From Octopus vulgaris (Eukaryota), in contig OX597817.1 of the NCBI GenBank assembly GCA_951406725.2, positions 1,488,001 through 1,552,000 of the forward strand: a stretch of DNA of 64,000 nt. The letters are read 5' to 3'. Below are positions 38,965 to 53,448 of the stretch, piece after piece. The position numbers and the translations under genes were made by a program. The notes below the pieces were generated by a model. The model worked only from the letters and a program-made list of their open reading frames with translations, had not been told where the DNA came from and did not search any database. Position 1 is the first letter of the stretch, and each line of letters begins with the position of its first letter.

Positions 38965-39206
38965 GCATCATCAACTGCAACCAGTTGGAAACCCAGTTTA
39001 ATTAGCATCATCGACTGCAATCAGCTGAAAACCCAGTTTAATTAGCATCATCAACTGCAATTAGTTGGAAACCCAGTTTAATTAGCATCATCGACTGCAA
39101 TCATTTGAAAACCCAGTTTAATTAGCATCATCAACTGTAATCAGTTGAAAACCCAGTTTAATTAGCATCATCAACCGCAATCAGCTGAAAACCCAGTTTA
39201 ATTAGC
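38965..39206. repeat. Minisatellite, 6 x 40 bp
   Basis: Unit approximately GCATCATCAACTGCAATCAGTTGAAAACCCAGTTTAATTA. Confidence 0.95.
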
Positions 39207-39306
39207 CTCAACTAAACAAATAATAACTGCATTGCTTGTATATCTGACTTTGTTATCCTCTTATGATTGATTTTAGCCTTCACAATAACAAGGAATCTAT
39301 CACGTA

Positions 39307-39538
39307 TATTTCTTTCCTACGCACAAGGGGGCTAAACATAGAGGGAACAAATAAGGACAGACAAACGGATTAAGTCGATTATATCGACCCCAGTGCGTAA
39401 CTGGTACTTATTTAATCGACCCCGAAAGGATGAAAGGCAAAGTCGACCTCGGCGGAATTTGAACTCAGAACGTAGCGGCAGACGAAATACCGCTAAACAT
39501 TTCACCCGGTGTGCTAACGTTTCTGCCAGCTCACCGCC
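39307..39538 (-). mobile_element. SINE family C, monomer with long tail
   Basis: GGCGGTGAGCTGGCAGAAACGTTAGCAC head, GAGTTCAAATTCC B-box, GTCGACTTTGCCTTTCATCCTTTCGGGGTCG central domain. Confidence 0.9.
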
Positions 39539-39649
39539 ATAAAGGAATCCACCACCATCAACTCAATCGCAACACCACCGTCAAGGTTACATTAGTAACG
39601 CACAAGAAAACGAGGCAGTATTTCTCTGCTCGCTCAACTTGCTAGAAAA

Positions 39650-40225
39650 CCACCACCACCACCACCACCACCACCACCACCACTACCACCACCACCACCA
39701 CCACTACCAAGTATACCACCACCAATATTGCTACTGGTATTCATTAAGACAAAATAATCACAGCTATGTCGGTGTTGATTATCAATCTGCTGGATAAGAG
39801 ATGATCTGGGGTTAAACAGGGATTACAACAATAGCAACATTCTGACCACCATTACTACAACAACAACGCAACTTTCACTATCACATTCACAACATAATTA
39901 TAACATTCATTGAAACAGTACAACCACGCAACCACACCACCACCACCACCACCACTACCAAAAACCATTAACACAACAAAAACCAGCAACACGACCACTA
40001 ACACCACCACCACTGTCACCACCACCACCACTGTCACCACCACCACCACCACCACCACCACAAAAATCACGGCTAAAAAAATATAAACAACCACCCATAC
40101 CATCAACCCTCATCAATTACCATCCACCACAACTAGGAAGGAATTAACACATCCGCCAAAAACTATCAACACCGCCACCACCATCACTTGCACCATTACT
40201 GCAACCACCACCACCACCACCACCG
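39650..40225. repeat. (CCA)/(CAA)-rich low-complexity region
   Basis: Visible directly. Confidence 0.85.
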
Positions 40226-40971
40226 TGTTATCTCGACCACGCCTTTCTATTCCCTTTCTTTCTTCCATCCACACACATTCAACGAACACCACTCGTTCTT
40301 TCGCCACAGTCGGACGCCAACCGACAGTCTGTACGCACCGCTGCTGCCGCCAAACGGCTCCACCGGTGCAGGAAAAACTTGTCTTCAACATTTCATGTCT
40401 GCGTAGATGTCCTCGTGTTCTAAGTGTGTGGATGCGTGTCTATCTACAGACATGCGTGAATGAATGTGCCTCTGCTAAAGTGCATCTATGTGTGTGTTCG
40501 TAAATGTGTATGTCTGTAGCTACTTGTGTACGTGCGTGTATGTTTGCATGCGTATGTGGGCGTATGTATAGGTGTATATGCACGTGTACGCGTGTGTACA
40601 TATGTATATGCTTCTCAGAGTGTGTCTATACGTGTGCACAAGTAAATGTGCTAATTTGTGTATGTAACTATGGATGTGAATTTGTATACGTATGTGTATG
40701 TGTGTGTGGGTGTATGTATATGTATTGTATATGTTTGTGTGTGTATGTGTATGTATGTGTGAGTGTGCTTATATACATAGCCTCACACATCTATATGTAT
40801 TGCGTATGGATGTGTATGCATGTATGCATGTATGTCGATTTGATTAGTGTGTGTGTAGACACATAAACACAGGCACACCTCGCGCGCACGCGCACACGTT
40901 CTTTACTTGTTGGTTAATGCTAACATTTCTGGAAGATACTTTTTTGCTGATGACAGTCTTTGTGGCAGTAT

Positions 40972-41005
40972 CTGGTGGTGATGGTGGTGGTGGTAGTAGT
41001 GGTAA

Positions 41006-41075
<70 letters not shown>

Positions 41076-41440
41076 GGTGGTGGTGGTTTTGGTGGTGGAC
41101 GCAGTAGAAGTAGTAGTGTTGGTAGTAGTAGTAGTTGTAGAAGTAGTAGCAGTAATAGTAGTAGTAGTAATAGTAGTAGTAGTGGTAGTAGTAGTAGAAA
41201 AAGCGGTAGTAGTAGAAGTAGTGGAAATAGTAGTAGAAGTGATAGTAGTAGCAGTGGTAGTGTTGGCGGTAGTAGTAATAGTAGTAGTAGTATATTGGTG
41301 ATTTTAGCGGTTATAGTTGTAGCGATGTTGTGGAGTATAGTAGTGGTGGTGGCGATGAAGGAGGTTATAGAGGCGGTGAAGGTGGAGGTTGTGGTGAAGG
41401 TGGAGGTTGTGGTGAAGGTGGAGGTTGTGGTGAAGGTGGT
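40972..41440. repeat. (GTA)/(GGT) low-complexity region with an 18-bp repeat at its end
   Basis: Visible directly. Confidence 0.9.
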
Positions 41441-41702
41441 GCTTAGTTGTAATAGTGTTCAGTTAATGACAATAGTTTAACTCCCTTGTATTGCTTGTTG
41501 CAATTGGCCTGATTCTTGGCGGACTAGATTAGGTCTGCTGAATACGTTGCCCTGCGATAGAAGCGTCCCATCACGTCACCAGGCTGTCTTTCTTTGCTTT
41601 TAGAAGTCATTGCTACTACAGCCTCCAAGCGTCATTTTTTTAAAAAATTACATTACGATGTGTATTGAGAGAGATTTGGCTGTTACTTCTCACAGTTCAA
41701 GT

Positions 41703-42106
41703 TCTTTTTTTTTTCTACTCTAGGCACAAGACCTGAAATTTTTGGGGATGGAGCCAGCCGATTGGATCGACCCCAGTACGCAACTGGTACTTAATTTATC
41801 AACCTCGATAGGATGAAAGGCAAAGTCGACCTCGGCGGAATTTGAACTCAGAACGTAAAGGCAGACGAAATACCTATTTCTTTACTACCCACAAGGGGCT
41901 AAACACAGAGAGGACAAACAAGGACAGACAAATGGATTAAGTCGCTTATATCGACCCAAATGCGTAACTGGTACTTATTTAATCGACCCCGAATGGATGA
42001 AAGGCAAAGTCGACCTCGGTGGAATTTGAACTCAGAACGTAACGGCAGACGAAATACGGCTACGCATTTCGCCCGGCGTGCTAACGCTTCTGCCAGCTCG
42101 CCGCCT
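41703..42106 (-). mobile_element. Dimeric SINE family C with a 16-bp target-site duplication
   Basis: TTCTCACAGTTCAAGT at 41687-41702 and 42107-42122 flanks a full monomer plus a headless second monomer and A-tail. Confidence 0.85.
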
Positions 42107-43185
42107 TTCTCACAGTTCAAGTCACAACACAGAAGCCTTTTCGCTGACTCTTCACTCAAAATATAGTACGTACAGACTAAATACACTACTTGACGTCTGC
42201 AGTGAAAATGTTTGTTCTTTTTGAAAGGAATAACTAGGTCAGCGGGAGTGGCAGGAACAATAGTTCATTGAGAATTAAAGACGTTACAATATTTTGGTTT
42301 CCTTCCTTAATATGCCGAGTTCAAATGTCAGTATTTATCTTTATCTCTCCAGGGCCGATCAAGTGCAAGCAATACGCTGAGGTAGGTTTCTATCGACAAC
42401 ATCCTTTTCCTACAATTTTATGGCCCTATGTAGTTGGAGATTCAATGATGACATTAAAGTGCCTGTTCAAATATTTTACCATACTTCGTCCTTCTCTTTC
42501 TCTCTCTTTCTGACTCCACTCTGTTTCATTATTGCTTAGTCACAAGGAGGAAGAGTGACCGTTCGTGACCCTTTGCGGAGCTTTTGAGAATGATGAGGAA
42601 AAAAAATCATCCTGTCTTGAATGTTTGTCACAGAATATCTCAAGTGCCAGATGGTCGTGCTAAATCACAGAATGAATTATTTCTTCCATCAAGCAATATG
42701 TCTGAAGTCAACTCTCTTTTCTTCTCTGTCTCTCTGTCTATCTGTCTGTCTGTCTGTCTCTATCTGTCTGTGTCTGTCTGACTGTCTGTCTCTCTTGCTC
42801 TGCTTCTCGATAACGTACGTAACTATCAGGTGAGTTATGGAGTCGATTCAAATGTACGATAACTTTTAACCTCTACAAGCACGTGACATTTTCCTGATAC
42901 AAGAAATAACAAGTTTTATATTTATCGCTGTTAGTGATTATTTAATCATTAGGTCAAGCCTGATCGAACATATCTATGGTCAAACGTATACAACTATTTT
43001 GTAGCCACAGGCTCTCCCTAACCGAGCGCACTTTTTGACCGAGGACATTTCAACAATGATCAGCCTCAATTCTTGGATTTTATTCGTTCCAGATAGGCAT
43101 CTAATGTTGCTTTATCAAATATGTTCATCCATACTTTTAAGACAAGGTTCTGTAGTTTCAACATTTGATTGTTTTTTTTTATTTA

Positions 43186-43727
43186 TTGGGTTGTCCGGAA
43201 AATTCGTGCCGATTTATAGTAGCTTACTTTTCGACTTATTTTAGAACATGGTTGAGTCCATAAAATAGGATTTGACTACACCTCCATTTATAGTACAGTT
43301 TAAGCTATCTTTTCATGGAGGAAGGTTTATGTTCCCATAACCTGTGCTAATTCTATAACCCTTTAAAATGGAAGATAAGAAAGTTCATTTTCGGCACTTG
43401 ATGATTTGGGAACTAGACAAAAATTGCTGCAGCTCGGCTGGGATGTGTTACCCCACCCTCCATATTCACCAGATATTGCTCCTTCGGATTTCCACTTATT
43501 CAGGTCTCTGCAGAATAGTCTTAATGGTAAAAATTTCTATTCCTTGAATGCCGTAAAAAGATACCTTGATGAAATCTTTGCCATGAAACCACCTCAGTTC
43601 TGGGATGAGGGTATTTTCAAGTTAAAGGAAAGATGGTTGATATTTGGTTGATAAAAATGTAATGGCAAGTATTTATTGACCTTTCTCTTTCCTTTAAAAA
43701 TCGGCACGAACTTTCCGGACAACCCAG
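43186..43727 (+). mobile_element. Internally deleted mariner element with both TIRs and TA target-site duplication
   Basis: TIRs TTGGGTTGTCCGGAAAATTCGTGCCGATTT / AAATCGGCACGAACTTTCCGGACAACCCAG. MEDKKVHFRH start fused to LGWDVLPHPPYSPDIAPSDFHLF. Confidence 0.95.
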
Positions 43728-44125
43728 TAACAGGTTTAGTAGGAATGTAATGCTGACAGAACTGCTTCTGTTGTTGCTGCTTGTAATGTGGTTGTTGTGA
43801 TTACTACTGCTGTTGCTGTTGTTACTTCTGGTATTGCTGAGTTTGCTATGATTGTTACTGTAGCTGATGAGAGCTGTATTGGTGATGTTGCTGTGATTGC
43901 TTCTGCTGATGATGATGATGGTAAAACTGTTGTTATTTAGGACGCTGTTGTGATTATCACTGTTGTTGCTGATGCTATTGGCGACGTTTGTGGTTGCTGC
44001 TGGAGTTATCGCTATTCGGATTAAGACCTTATCTGACAACTGCTGTGCCGCTGGTGCTGCTACTGTTGATACTAATGTGTTGTGGTTGTTGCTACCGTTG
44101 TAGCTGTGGAATTGCTGCTGTTGTT

Positions 44126-44660
44126 TTCTTCTTCTCTTTCTTCTTCTTCTTCTTCTTCTTCTTCTTCTTCTTCTTCTTCTTCTTCTTCCAATCAGGACTC
44201 CCGCCATTAGCCAAAAAGAATAATCTCTAATTCGCGCCTACTCTAAGCCACCATAAATGCGTGTGACAACTTCAAGATGCACCCACCACACGCGATGATA
44301 GACTGCCGACTGCACGGGCGCGAAAGCTACGTTGTTACCCTCATTCGTTAAACGGTGGCTTTTAACGGGTGGAGAGCTGAACCATCCTGGGGTGCAGAGG
44401 ATTCGCAAACTAGACTAGGGTCTGAAAGTTTACCACACCATATTGGGTTACACCATGGTTCCTCTGCTTTGTGGCAGAAGTAGGAAGAAAGAGTGAGAGA
44501 AAGTTGAGGTGAAAGAGTACAGCGGGGTTCACCCCGCCGGAGCCTCGTGGAGCCTAGGTGTTTTTGCTCAATAAACACTCACAATGCCCGGTCTGGGAAT
44601 CGAAACCGCGTTCTTACGACCGCGAGTCTGCTGTCCTAACCACTGGGCCATTGCGCCTCC
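44126..44660 (-). mobile_element. SINE D variant with (GAA)n tail (inverted partner of 36222-36777)
   Basis: Near-identical translated ORFs at 36304-36519 and 44348-44578. Confidence 0.85.
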
Positions 44661-44792
44661 ACTGCTGCTGCTGTTGCTGCTGCTACTTCTGTTGTTACTA
44701 CTAATGACATCAGGATTGCTGCTACTGTTGCTGCTGTTAGTAAAAATGACGTTGCTGTAATTGTTTTTGTTGTTGATGATGCTGTAAATACT

Positions 44793-45005
44793 GATTTCAA
44801 ATTTTGGGACAAGGCCTGCGATTTTCGAAGAGGGGCTAAGTCGATAACATCAACCCCAGTGTTCGACTGGCAATTCTTTTATCAACCACGAAAAGATGAA
44901 AGGCAAAGTCGACCTCAGCAGAATTTGAACTCTGAACGTAAAGGCAGACAAAAGGCCGCTAAACTTTTTGTCCAGCATCATGATGATTCAGCCAGCTCCC
45001 TCCCC
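44793..45005 (-). mobile_element. SINE family C
   Basis: GATGAAAGGCAAAGTCGACCTCAGCAGAATTTGAACTC. Confidence 0.75.
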
Positions 45006-45332
45006 CCCTTCATGCTGCTGCAAATAGCGACATCGTTGCTGCTGTTTCTTGCTGCTGTTTCTGATCTTATTCTATTCAATACGTTTCTAATCATTCTTGT
45101 TCATAATACTGTTCTGCTCCTTCAATATCTCATATTTGTTGTTCATTGTTGTGTTCGAAGGTTTATTACATTCAGCACTCATTGGTATTTGCTTTATTAT
45201 TTTTATGTTGTGGGGCACAGGCATGGTTCTATGGTTAAGATCACTGTCAGTCCCATTGTGCAGCATCTTTGGAAAAGCTGACCAATGCTTTGTGAGTGAA
45301 TTTAGTAGAGTGTAACTGTATGGTACCCCGCA

Positions 45333-45376
<44 letters not shown>

Positions 45377-45675
45377 ATGTTAGTTATACCCACTTATACG
45401 CATTCACATTCCTGGTGTGTGTGAGTGTTTATATATATATAGAAAAATTGGAATATTGGGATTGAAAAATCTTGACAGATGTCAAGTAAGAGCTCAGTAT
45501 AAAAGAATAAGGTTAAATTTCCAACAAGCAGTAAATGTATGTAGAATACAAATCTCAGGTAAATCCTAATCCATGGCAGGTAGATCCAAGAAATTCAGAG
45601 TATTAGCGACAATCAATAATATGCACGAAGAATATCTGTATTTTAGATGACGCATTAAAAATCCAACGAGTGTAT

Positions 45676-45752
45676 ATTTTGAAGTCTGCTGAGGTCTGCA
45701 TTTTGAGGTCTGCTGAGGTCTGCATTTTGAGGTCTGCTGAGGTCTGCATTTT
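45676..45752. repeat. 3 x 24-bp tandem repeat
   Basis: ATTTTGAGGTCTGCTGAGGTCTGC. Confidence 0.9.
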
Positions 45753-46387
45753 CTACCTCTGCTAAAATGAAATCGTCTTCTCAGAGCTGGTTGTTCAAGC
45801 CTTACCTATTTAAACATCTCATCTCCTTTTATCAGCCATGTTGTGAGCAACACTCAGGCAACGTACTAATCACTAGTAAGTTGCCTGGATGTTGCTTCAT
45901 CACTACTGCCTCTTCTCCCAGTACGTCAACTGCCTAGAATTATCATATCCCTGCGCATGCTCTTTCCGCAGTTTAAGTGTAACGGCAGCGCTATCAACCA
46001 CACAAGCCTCCGGGGGACTGCGAAGAGCAAAGACACAAATCCTTCTTCAAACCAAACAAAAATATAAAGAAAATGTTTGCTTTAATATCAATTTCATGCT
46101 GTACACTACATTTATAAGTACATGCACACACACACACACACACACACGCACACACGCACACACACACACACACACACATGTGTGTGCATTTGTGCCTATC
46201 TATCTATTTCTATGTCTATCTATCAATCGATCGATCGATCTATCTGTGTGCGTCGTGTGTGTGTGTGTGTATGCGTGTGTGTGTGTGTGTGTGTGTGTGT
46301 AAGAAGAGAGTGAGAGACAATGTCATTGGTTTGGACGATAGACATAAATGTAAATGTGAATGTGTGAGTGTGCATGCGCTTGAGTGA

Positions 46388-46420
<33 letters not shown>

Positions 46421-46579
46421 TGCAGAGAGAGGGGTGGGGGAGAGAGTGAAGTGAGAGAGAGGGAGGGAGAGCTGGTTAGATAAATACACAAACAGATACT
46501 AATATCAATATTCTTAAATATATATATATGCTTGCATGTGTGTGTGTGTGTGTCTGTTTATATACGTGTGTATGAGTTT

Positions 46580-47016
<437 letters not shown>

Positions 47017-50000
47017 TTGTAATTCTATAAAGCTTTATGCTTATATACATAACGAAACCAGAAGTAGGCTCCGCAGACATACAATTAAACGCAACGATGC
47101 ACAATACAAACTAAGGACAAATGGTTTACACACACACACATACACACACACACCTATACACACATAGGCATTCAAGTATACACATAGGTGCGCACACATA
47201 CTCACACACACACACATTCACACTCATTTGTACAGACGTCTGTGTAAGCATATGTGTGTGCGAGTGCACAAAGTATGTTATGAAACCCTAGATTACGCTA
47301 TTTCTATAACGTCTATATTAATCCGAGTGCTGTGGTGCAGTAAATTTGCAGCGAACCGAATCACCGACCGGGTTTCGATTCCCTCGTGGGTCCGCTTCAC
47401 TTACGTTGTGAATGCCGTTGAGAGAAAGATGAATATACACATCTATAAAGGCACTTACATATGTGTGTGTGTGTGTGTTTCAAACACAGACAGATACGCA
47501 GTAAGTGGGGGGGGTGAGAAAATGGAAGAAAGTAAATAAACACAAATATAAGAGAGAGAGATTAGTGTGCATCTAGGGAGAATCGAACTGACATCACTGG
47601 TCAACGCCCAACTACATTAAATGTATACTAACATGCACAGATTAAATGTGTGCGCGCGTGTTGTCTCTGTTTTTCTATGTGTGTAGAACTATTACATTAT
47701 TAATTCTGGTAAATAACCCTTGGGAAGAAATGCGAGTCTCTCAAATTACCATCTACTATCCCTATGAATCTATGGTTTACTGTAAAATAATGGATTGAGA
47801 GAAATTGAGGGAGAAAAATCGACAGACAAACTTGTCGACATAGGCAAAGTGAATTTGGTACTAAGAGAGAAACAAAGAGAAATTGAATAGTGAAAAAGAA
47901 ATATTAGTTTGTGTGATGTCAGCAGCTTGGTTTCATAAACGTGCTGAAGTTTCCTATTTTTATTCTAGTATTTAATTATTTCAGGTCACACACCGTTATA
48001 CAGGCATCTCCGCGTTACGGATACATTAGGCTACATGTTCCAACGACCGTCCTCTCATCTGCAAATTGCTGCTACCTCAGTAATATGTGTATGAAATGAT
48101 TCATTATTTATATTGACCTTTCACATCCCGCCTTGTTTATGTCCTGACCGAGTTATGCAATACCGATGCAATACCGACTCTCAGATTGTAATACCTCCTT
48201 GTTCTGTATATCCTGACTATGATGTTAATACCTCCTTGTTCTGTATATCCTGACTATGATGTTCTTCTTGTCTTATAAACAAATCCTTGAAACTGCCTGT
48301 TGTTTTCTTCCAGTCCACATGTATATCAAAAACTGTGACACCATCAGGTTTTGTTCGCCTATGATGCTTCCGTATCGTCAGCATAACTAGCGACTGTGGT
48401 TGCTTATATAGCTCAGACTATGTCCGAGAAAGAACCACTACAATAGCCTCAATAAGTTCTCTGAAGGACTCCGCTCAAAATTAACGTTCAAACTGCCTGA
48501 CTTAAGCCTCCCCAAAAGTAAAGCTGACACTTACCTAGTTTTCCATATATGTCATCATACAATTTGTGACGTATCATTCAATGATCAACTTCATCGATGG
48601 CATCTGTGAAGTGGAAATATGCCACATTTTCATATGACCTGGTAGCTACAATTGGTTATACAATTCTACTTAACTGTGGTTCAACATGTTTATCTTTAAT
48701 GACAATTTTCTCTAACGCATTTCATTCTTGCAATGCATAAATACCAAAATGTTCTCAAACTTTCTGGTGGTGAGGTGAAGGAATGACAATTATTGAACAA
48801 AGCAATACTGGTAAAATAACTGATTTGTTCTTGCCGCCCAGCGTTACCTTTTAAGATCAATTTAAGAGTTAAATGTATAACTGTGAACTGCAAGAAAAAA
48901 TACGTGCAAAGATATGTGAATGAAGTTCTGAAGAGAAGATACAATGGGACACATAACTCTTAGTAACATCAAGAACTACAATCTCAAGTTTAGAATATTT
49001 AGTTTAGTAGCTTCATGGAAGACAATGTAGCCAATGTTTGGAAATACTTCTGTGCGACGTGTAGGTAGAATATGATCTTGATGAATTCAAGGCAAGCGAT
49101 TTTTACAGCATGCTTCAGAGGGCAGGCAAATCAGATGTCATAGACAACGATATCAGAACCAAGCATTGACACGATATGCATCAAGGCTGAACCATTGAAT
49201 TACAGGTTCAATCTATCCATTTGCTTTTAACACATTTTCTGCTTATTCAATTTTCCTCAGATGGGCTTGGATAAAACCGACGCTGTAGTAAAAAAAAAAA
49301 CATTTGCCCAAGCTGTCACGATGACGGTCATGGTCTTGATGATTCATGGTTAAAATATCACCTCATTTGCTATACAACAACGCATTGACTAACCGGTCAG
49401 GACCTCAATTTCTAGTAAGTGATTTGGTATCAGTTTTCAAGAAGCAGAACTGAGTCACGTAAAAATTTCTGTCTCGTGGAGACACAACAAACATCTATTA
49501 ATTGATCTCAACACCTTTTAATTAGTAGTTCAAAAGCTTATCCAATCAATCGATTTTCTGGTGATTTTATGTATCCCCAAATAAACAACGTAAATGAAAA
49601 GACGTAGAAATGAAGGCACCGAAAACTATCAACAAGCTCAAGATAAAATAACATGTTGCCTTGAGTTTAGATAATTGATTATTAAATCATTACATATCGA
49701 TCTCTTTGAGACAGAGTTAAAGAAGAAAGAAAAAAACAAAGACATAAAATTATAATAACAGTCTCAAGAGAAGGAAGAAATTGGATCCAGGACTGGGGTA
49801 GGAAATAAAGACAATGGCATAAGAAATATTAATGCTGCCGGTGCTTGAAGTCGATTCGGAAATTCTATTGAAGATCTGAAAATATCGCTATATTGAAAAG
49901 AATAAGAACTTCAAAAGACTGGCTCAGCCACTACTACTACTACTACTACTACTGGTACCACCACCACCATCACCACCGCCACCACCACCACCACCACCAC

Positions 50001-50059
50001 CACCACCAGTACTACTGCCACCATTGCTGATGATGATGATGATTATCTTAAGTTATTGC

Positions 50060-50660
50060 ACAGGCCGGCACTTGACTGGGACTTTCGTTTATCGACCCCA
50101 GAAGAATGAAAGTTAAAGTCGAGCCCGGCGAAATTTGAACCCGGAACGTAATGAAGGGAAAGAAATACCGCAAGACATTTTGCCGTCTTAAACGTCTGCT
50201 TTTAATAGAGACACAAGGCCAGAAATGTATGGGAGGGGTTAGTCGATATGGGAGGGGTTAGTCGATATGGGAGGGGTTAGTCGATATGGGAGGGGTTAGT
50301 CGATATGGGAGGGATTAGTCGATATGGGAGGGGTTAGTCGATACCATCGCTCCCAGTGTTTTGCCTGGTACTTTATTTTGTCGACCCCAAGAAGATAAAA
50401 TCTAAAGTTGACTTGGGCAGGACCTGAACCCAGCATATAAGGATCTAAAATAAATTGTGCAGGGTATTTTCCGACGCTATAACGAGCCTGCTAACCGGCT
50501 TCCTTAATTGTTTCCAATTCTGGAACGAGGCCATCAGCTTTAGAATAGGGACATTTATTGATTACATTGACTCCAATACTCAATCAGTATTTTATTTTAC
50601 CGACCCGAAAAGTTGACCTCGGTGGGAAAAGTTGACCTCGGTGGGATTTGAACCTACAAT
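50060..50660 (-). mobile_element. Cluster of three SINE C fragments, one with a 6 x 19-bp G-rich expansion (50229-50342)
   Basis: Family C motifs; unit ATGGGAGGGGTTAGTCGAT. Confidence 0.75.
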
Positions 50661-51556
50661 GTAAAGAGCTTTTGTTTATGAACGTGTACACTTATAAAGT
50701 AGTACCTTTCACCTTGCTCTTGCTATACCATGTATGAGAGTGGCTGGATATAAAGGTACTGATGAAATAAATGGCTTTATTTCCGCACCCTCAAACATAT
50801 ACCCTCACATACACAATTTCACACTATTAACCCAATAACACACACACACGCACGCCGAAGCGCCGCAACTAGCAACTATCCGTTCTTCCACACTTGTACA
50901 GATCAATACACCATACTAATACACGTACATGCACACCATTCCCACTTAATTCATTTCCAGACACAGATGTATGCATCCACACATTCGCCTCTTCCCCCTT
51001 TCTTAACGACTTTAATACAAAAGTATTCCCTCTGCTTTCTAACCTTTCATCTTCCACCAGCGTCTCTTATCCTCTTTTCTTCTCATTTATTCACTCAGTA
51101 TTTCTCTCTCTCTCACTCTCCCTGTTTTTTTTTCTTTCATTTTCCGTTTCTTTTTTCCAATGAAGGACTAAAGTCCGAATCGTTGATGCACTATCTTTCG
51201 CCATTGAATCGTTAAAGTAGTACCATAATCATCAAACTCTATTCTTCTCGTGTTAATCTTTGTAATATTCATTGTCTTTAATCCATGTATTTAACGCTTA
51301 AGCGGACTTTCTCTGGTCTTCCCTCCACCTGGGAATTCTACATTGGGCTCCCATCCGGATTACATCGGATATCTTCTTACTGATATACAAACACATATAC
51401 ATAGACACACACACACGCGTGCGCACTCATACACGCATACACGCACACACATATTTATGAAGAAATCTGAGGAATTTTCCCGTTACTTGATTCTTTACAT
51501 TTTTAGCTGGTATCTCTATATTTGAATGCTGTTGGAAAACAGACTGTTTAATGTCA

Positions 51557-51588
<32 letters not shown>

Positions 51589-52380
51589 AGTAGTAGTAAT
51601 AGTAGTGTTGGTTGGTACTACTAGTAGTAGTAGTAGTAGTGACCTCCTGCAGATAACTACTTTCCGTTCGGACTAAGTACATGTTCTTTTTCTTTTCCTT
51701 TCTTCGAAATCTATTTACGTCTTGTGTCTTCCAAGGAATAACCAGTCTATCGTGCTCGCCACATTATGTATGGCAGCATTTAACTTCGCTATTTGATAAT
51801 CACTCTTGTTTTTATGAAGATATGCCTCAGATGCGCTTCATTCAATTTCCTTACATGCGTATTAGTGTTGATGTTGTTTTTCTAATCACACCGCTGAGTC
51901 TAAATCAATTTTCATTTTATATAATACTAAAACTATTTTCCTCATGACCTGAGAGCTCAAACTGATTTCGATTCCCAGACAAGCTGAAATGTTTTTCACT
52001 TGCGCCGTTAATGACCTTAAAATATGCATTAGCATTATACAATCTTATTTGGTTTTCCTCCCCTAATAAATTTCGAGCGTTGTGTCTCAGAGAAAAGAAA
52101 TCAATTATAGTTGATCAATAACCCAGGATTGTTCAAAGAAAACAACACTCTCTTTATAATGAATGTTTGACATGGACATAGACACATACATATACATTAT
52201 ATGTGTATAGATCCATACATAAACACATACATGGATAATATATATATATTACACACACAAACACGTGCGCGTGCGTATATTTATACACATATGCATACAT
52301 ATAGATGTATAGGCCTGTATTAATAAATATACGCTGATAGCTATACATATATATATATATATGCGTGCGTTTGTATGATT

Positions 52381-52438
<58 letters not shown>

Positions 52439-52563
52439 GTGTGTATGTATATAAACACATGTGTATACATTATGTATATAACACATATTTAATATATACG
52501 TGTATAATATACTCATATATGTACATTAATATACACACATGCATATAAATGGGAGGTTTTTGA

Positions 52564-52606
<43 letters not shown>

Positions 52607-52944
52607 AATACATTATATATAAAATGCATATATAAAGTATACATAAAACACACACACTCTGGCACAAGCGCGCTGCAGATATGGCAACAAAGTGATCGCC
52701 AGAATTTCAGGAGAAAGCGAGGAGTAAAAGACGTGAGATTTAGTCAATATCGGCTTATGTTGATGAAACCTTCTCCAAGGGGTTATATTTATCCTGTTTT
52801 TATTTGATGTCTTTTTGCTTTGCTAATGTTCTGTTGTCGCTATTGCTTTTTTTATTTATATATTTCGTTCGTTGTGTTGTATGTTATTCTTTAATAATTC
52901 TTTTGCCCCTCTTTTTTTTCTCAAAGAATTCAGACTAGATCTGG

Positions 52945-52995
<51 letters not shown>

Positions 52996-53340
52996 CGTGT
53001 GTGTATGTATGCGAATATTTAATGCTTGGCGGCGCCACCGATCTTCTATATAATAAATGTCTTGATCTTTCAACTCTTGTCGTCAAACTGCTCTTCTCCC
53101 TCCGCCACTTCAGCCATCATTAATGCCTTTCTCTTCATCATCACAATCTCACTATCATCGTCAACCGCTGTAGCATCGTCATCCTTATCATCGACCTCTG
53201 TTCTCCCAATCACTACCACTGCCGCATATTTCATCTGCTCCTCTACAATAAATGCGTGTACCGTAGGGTTCCGCATATGATACACTGGACTGAAGACTTC
53301 GATTAACTGACATCATCCGTACAACTTGTAGTAATGCAGG

Positions 53341-53417
53341 CATACATACATACATACATACATACATACATACATACATGCATGCATGCATGCATACATA
53401 CCTACCTACCTACATAC

Positions 53418-53448
<31 letters not shown>

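Noticed and set aside
38965-39206. CRISPR-like periodicity
   Set aside because: Units are contiguous with no unique spacers, the context is eukaryotic and there are no cas genes.
40851-41480. 209-aa Ser/Gly/Val-rich ORF with apparent hydrophobic segments
   Set aside because: Arises from (GTA)/(GGT) repeats; an overlapping frame is also open.
49600-49930. Possible restriction-like endonuclease end of a Dong/R4-type LINE
   Set aside because: Similarity too weak to support by eye.
50229-50342. G-quadruplex-prone, telomere-like repeat
   Set aside because: Local 19-bp expansion of a SINE C segment, not (TTAGGG)n; no evidence of function.
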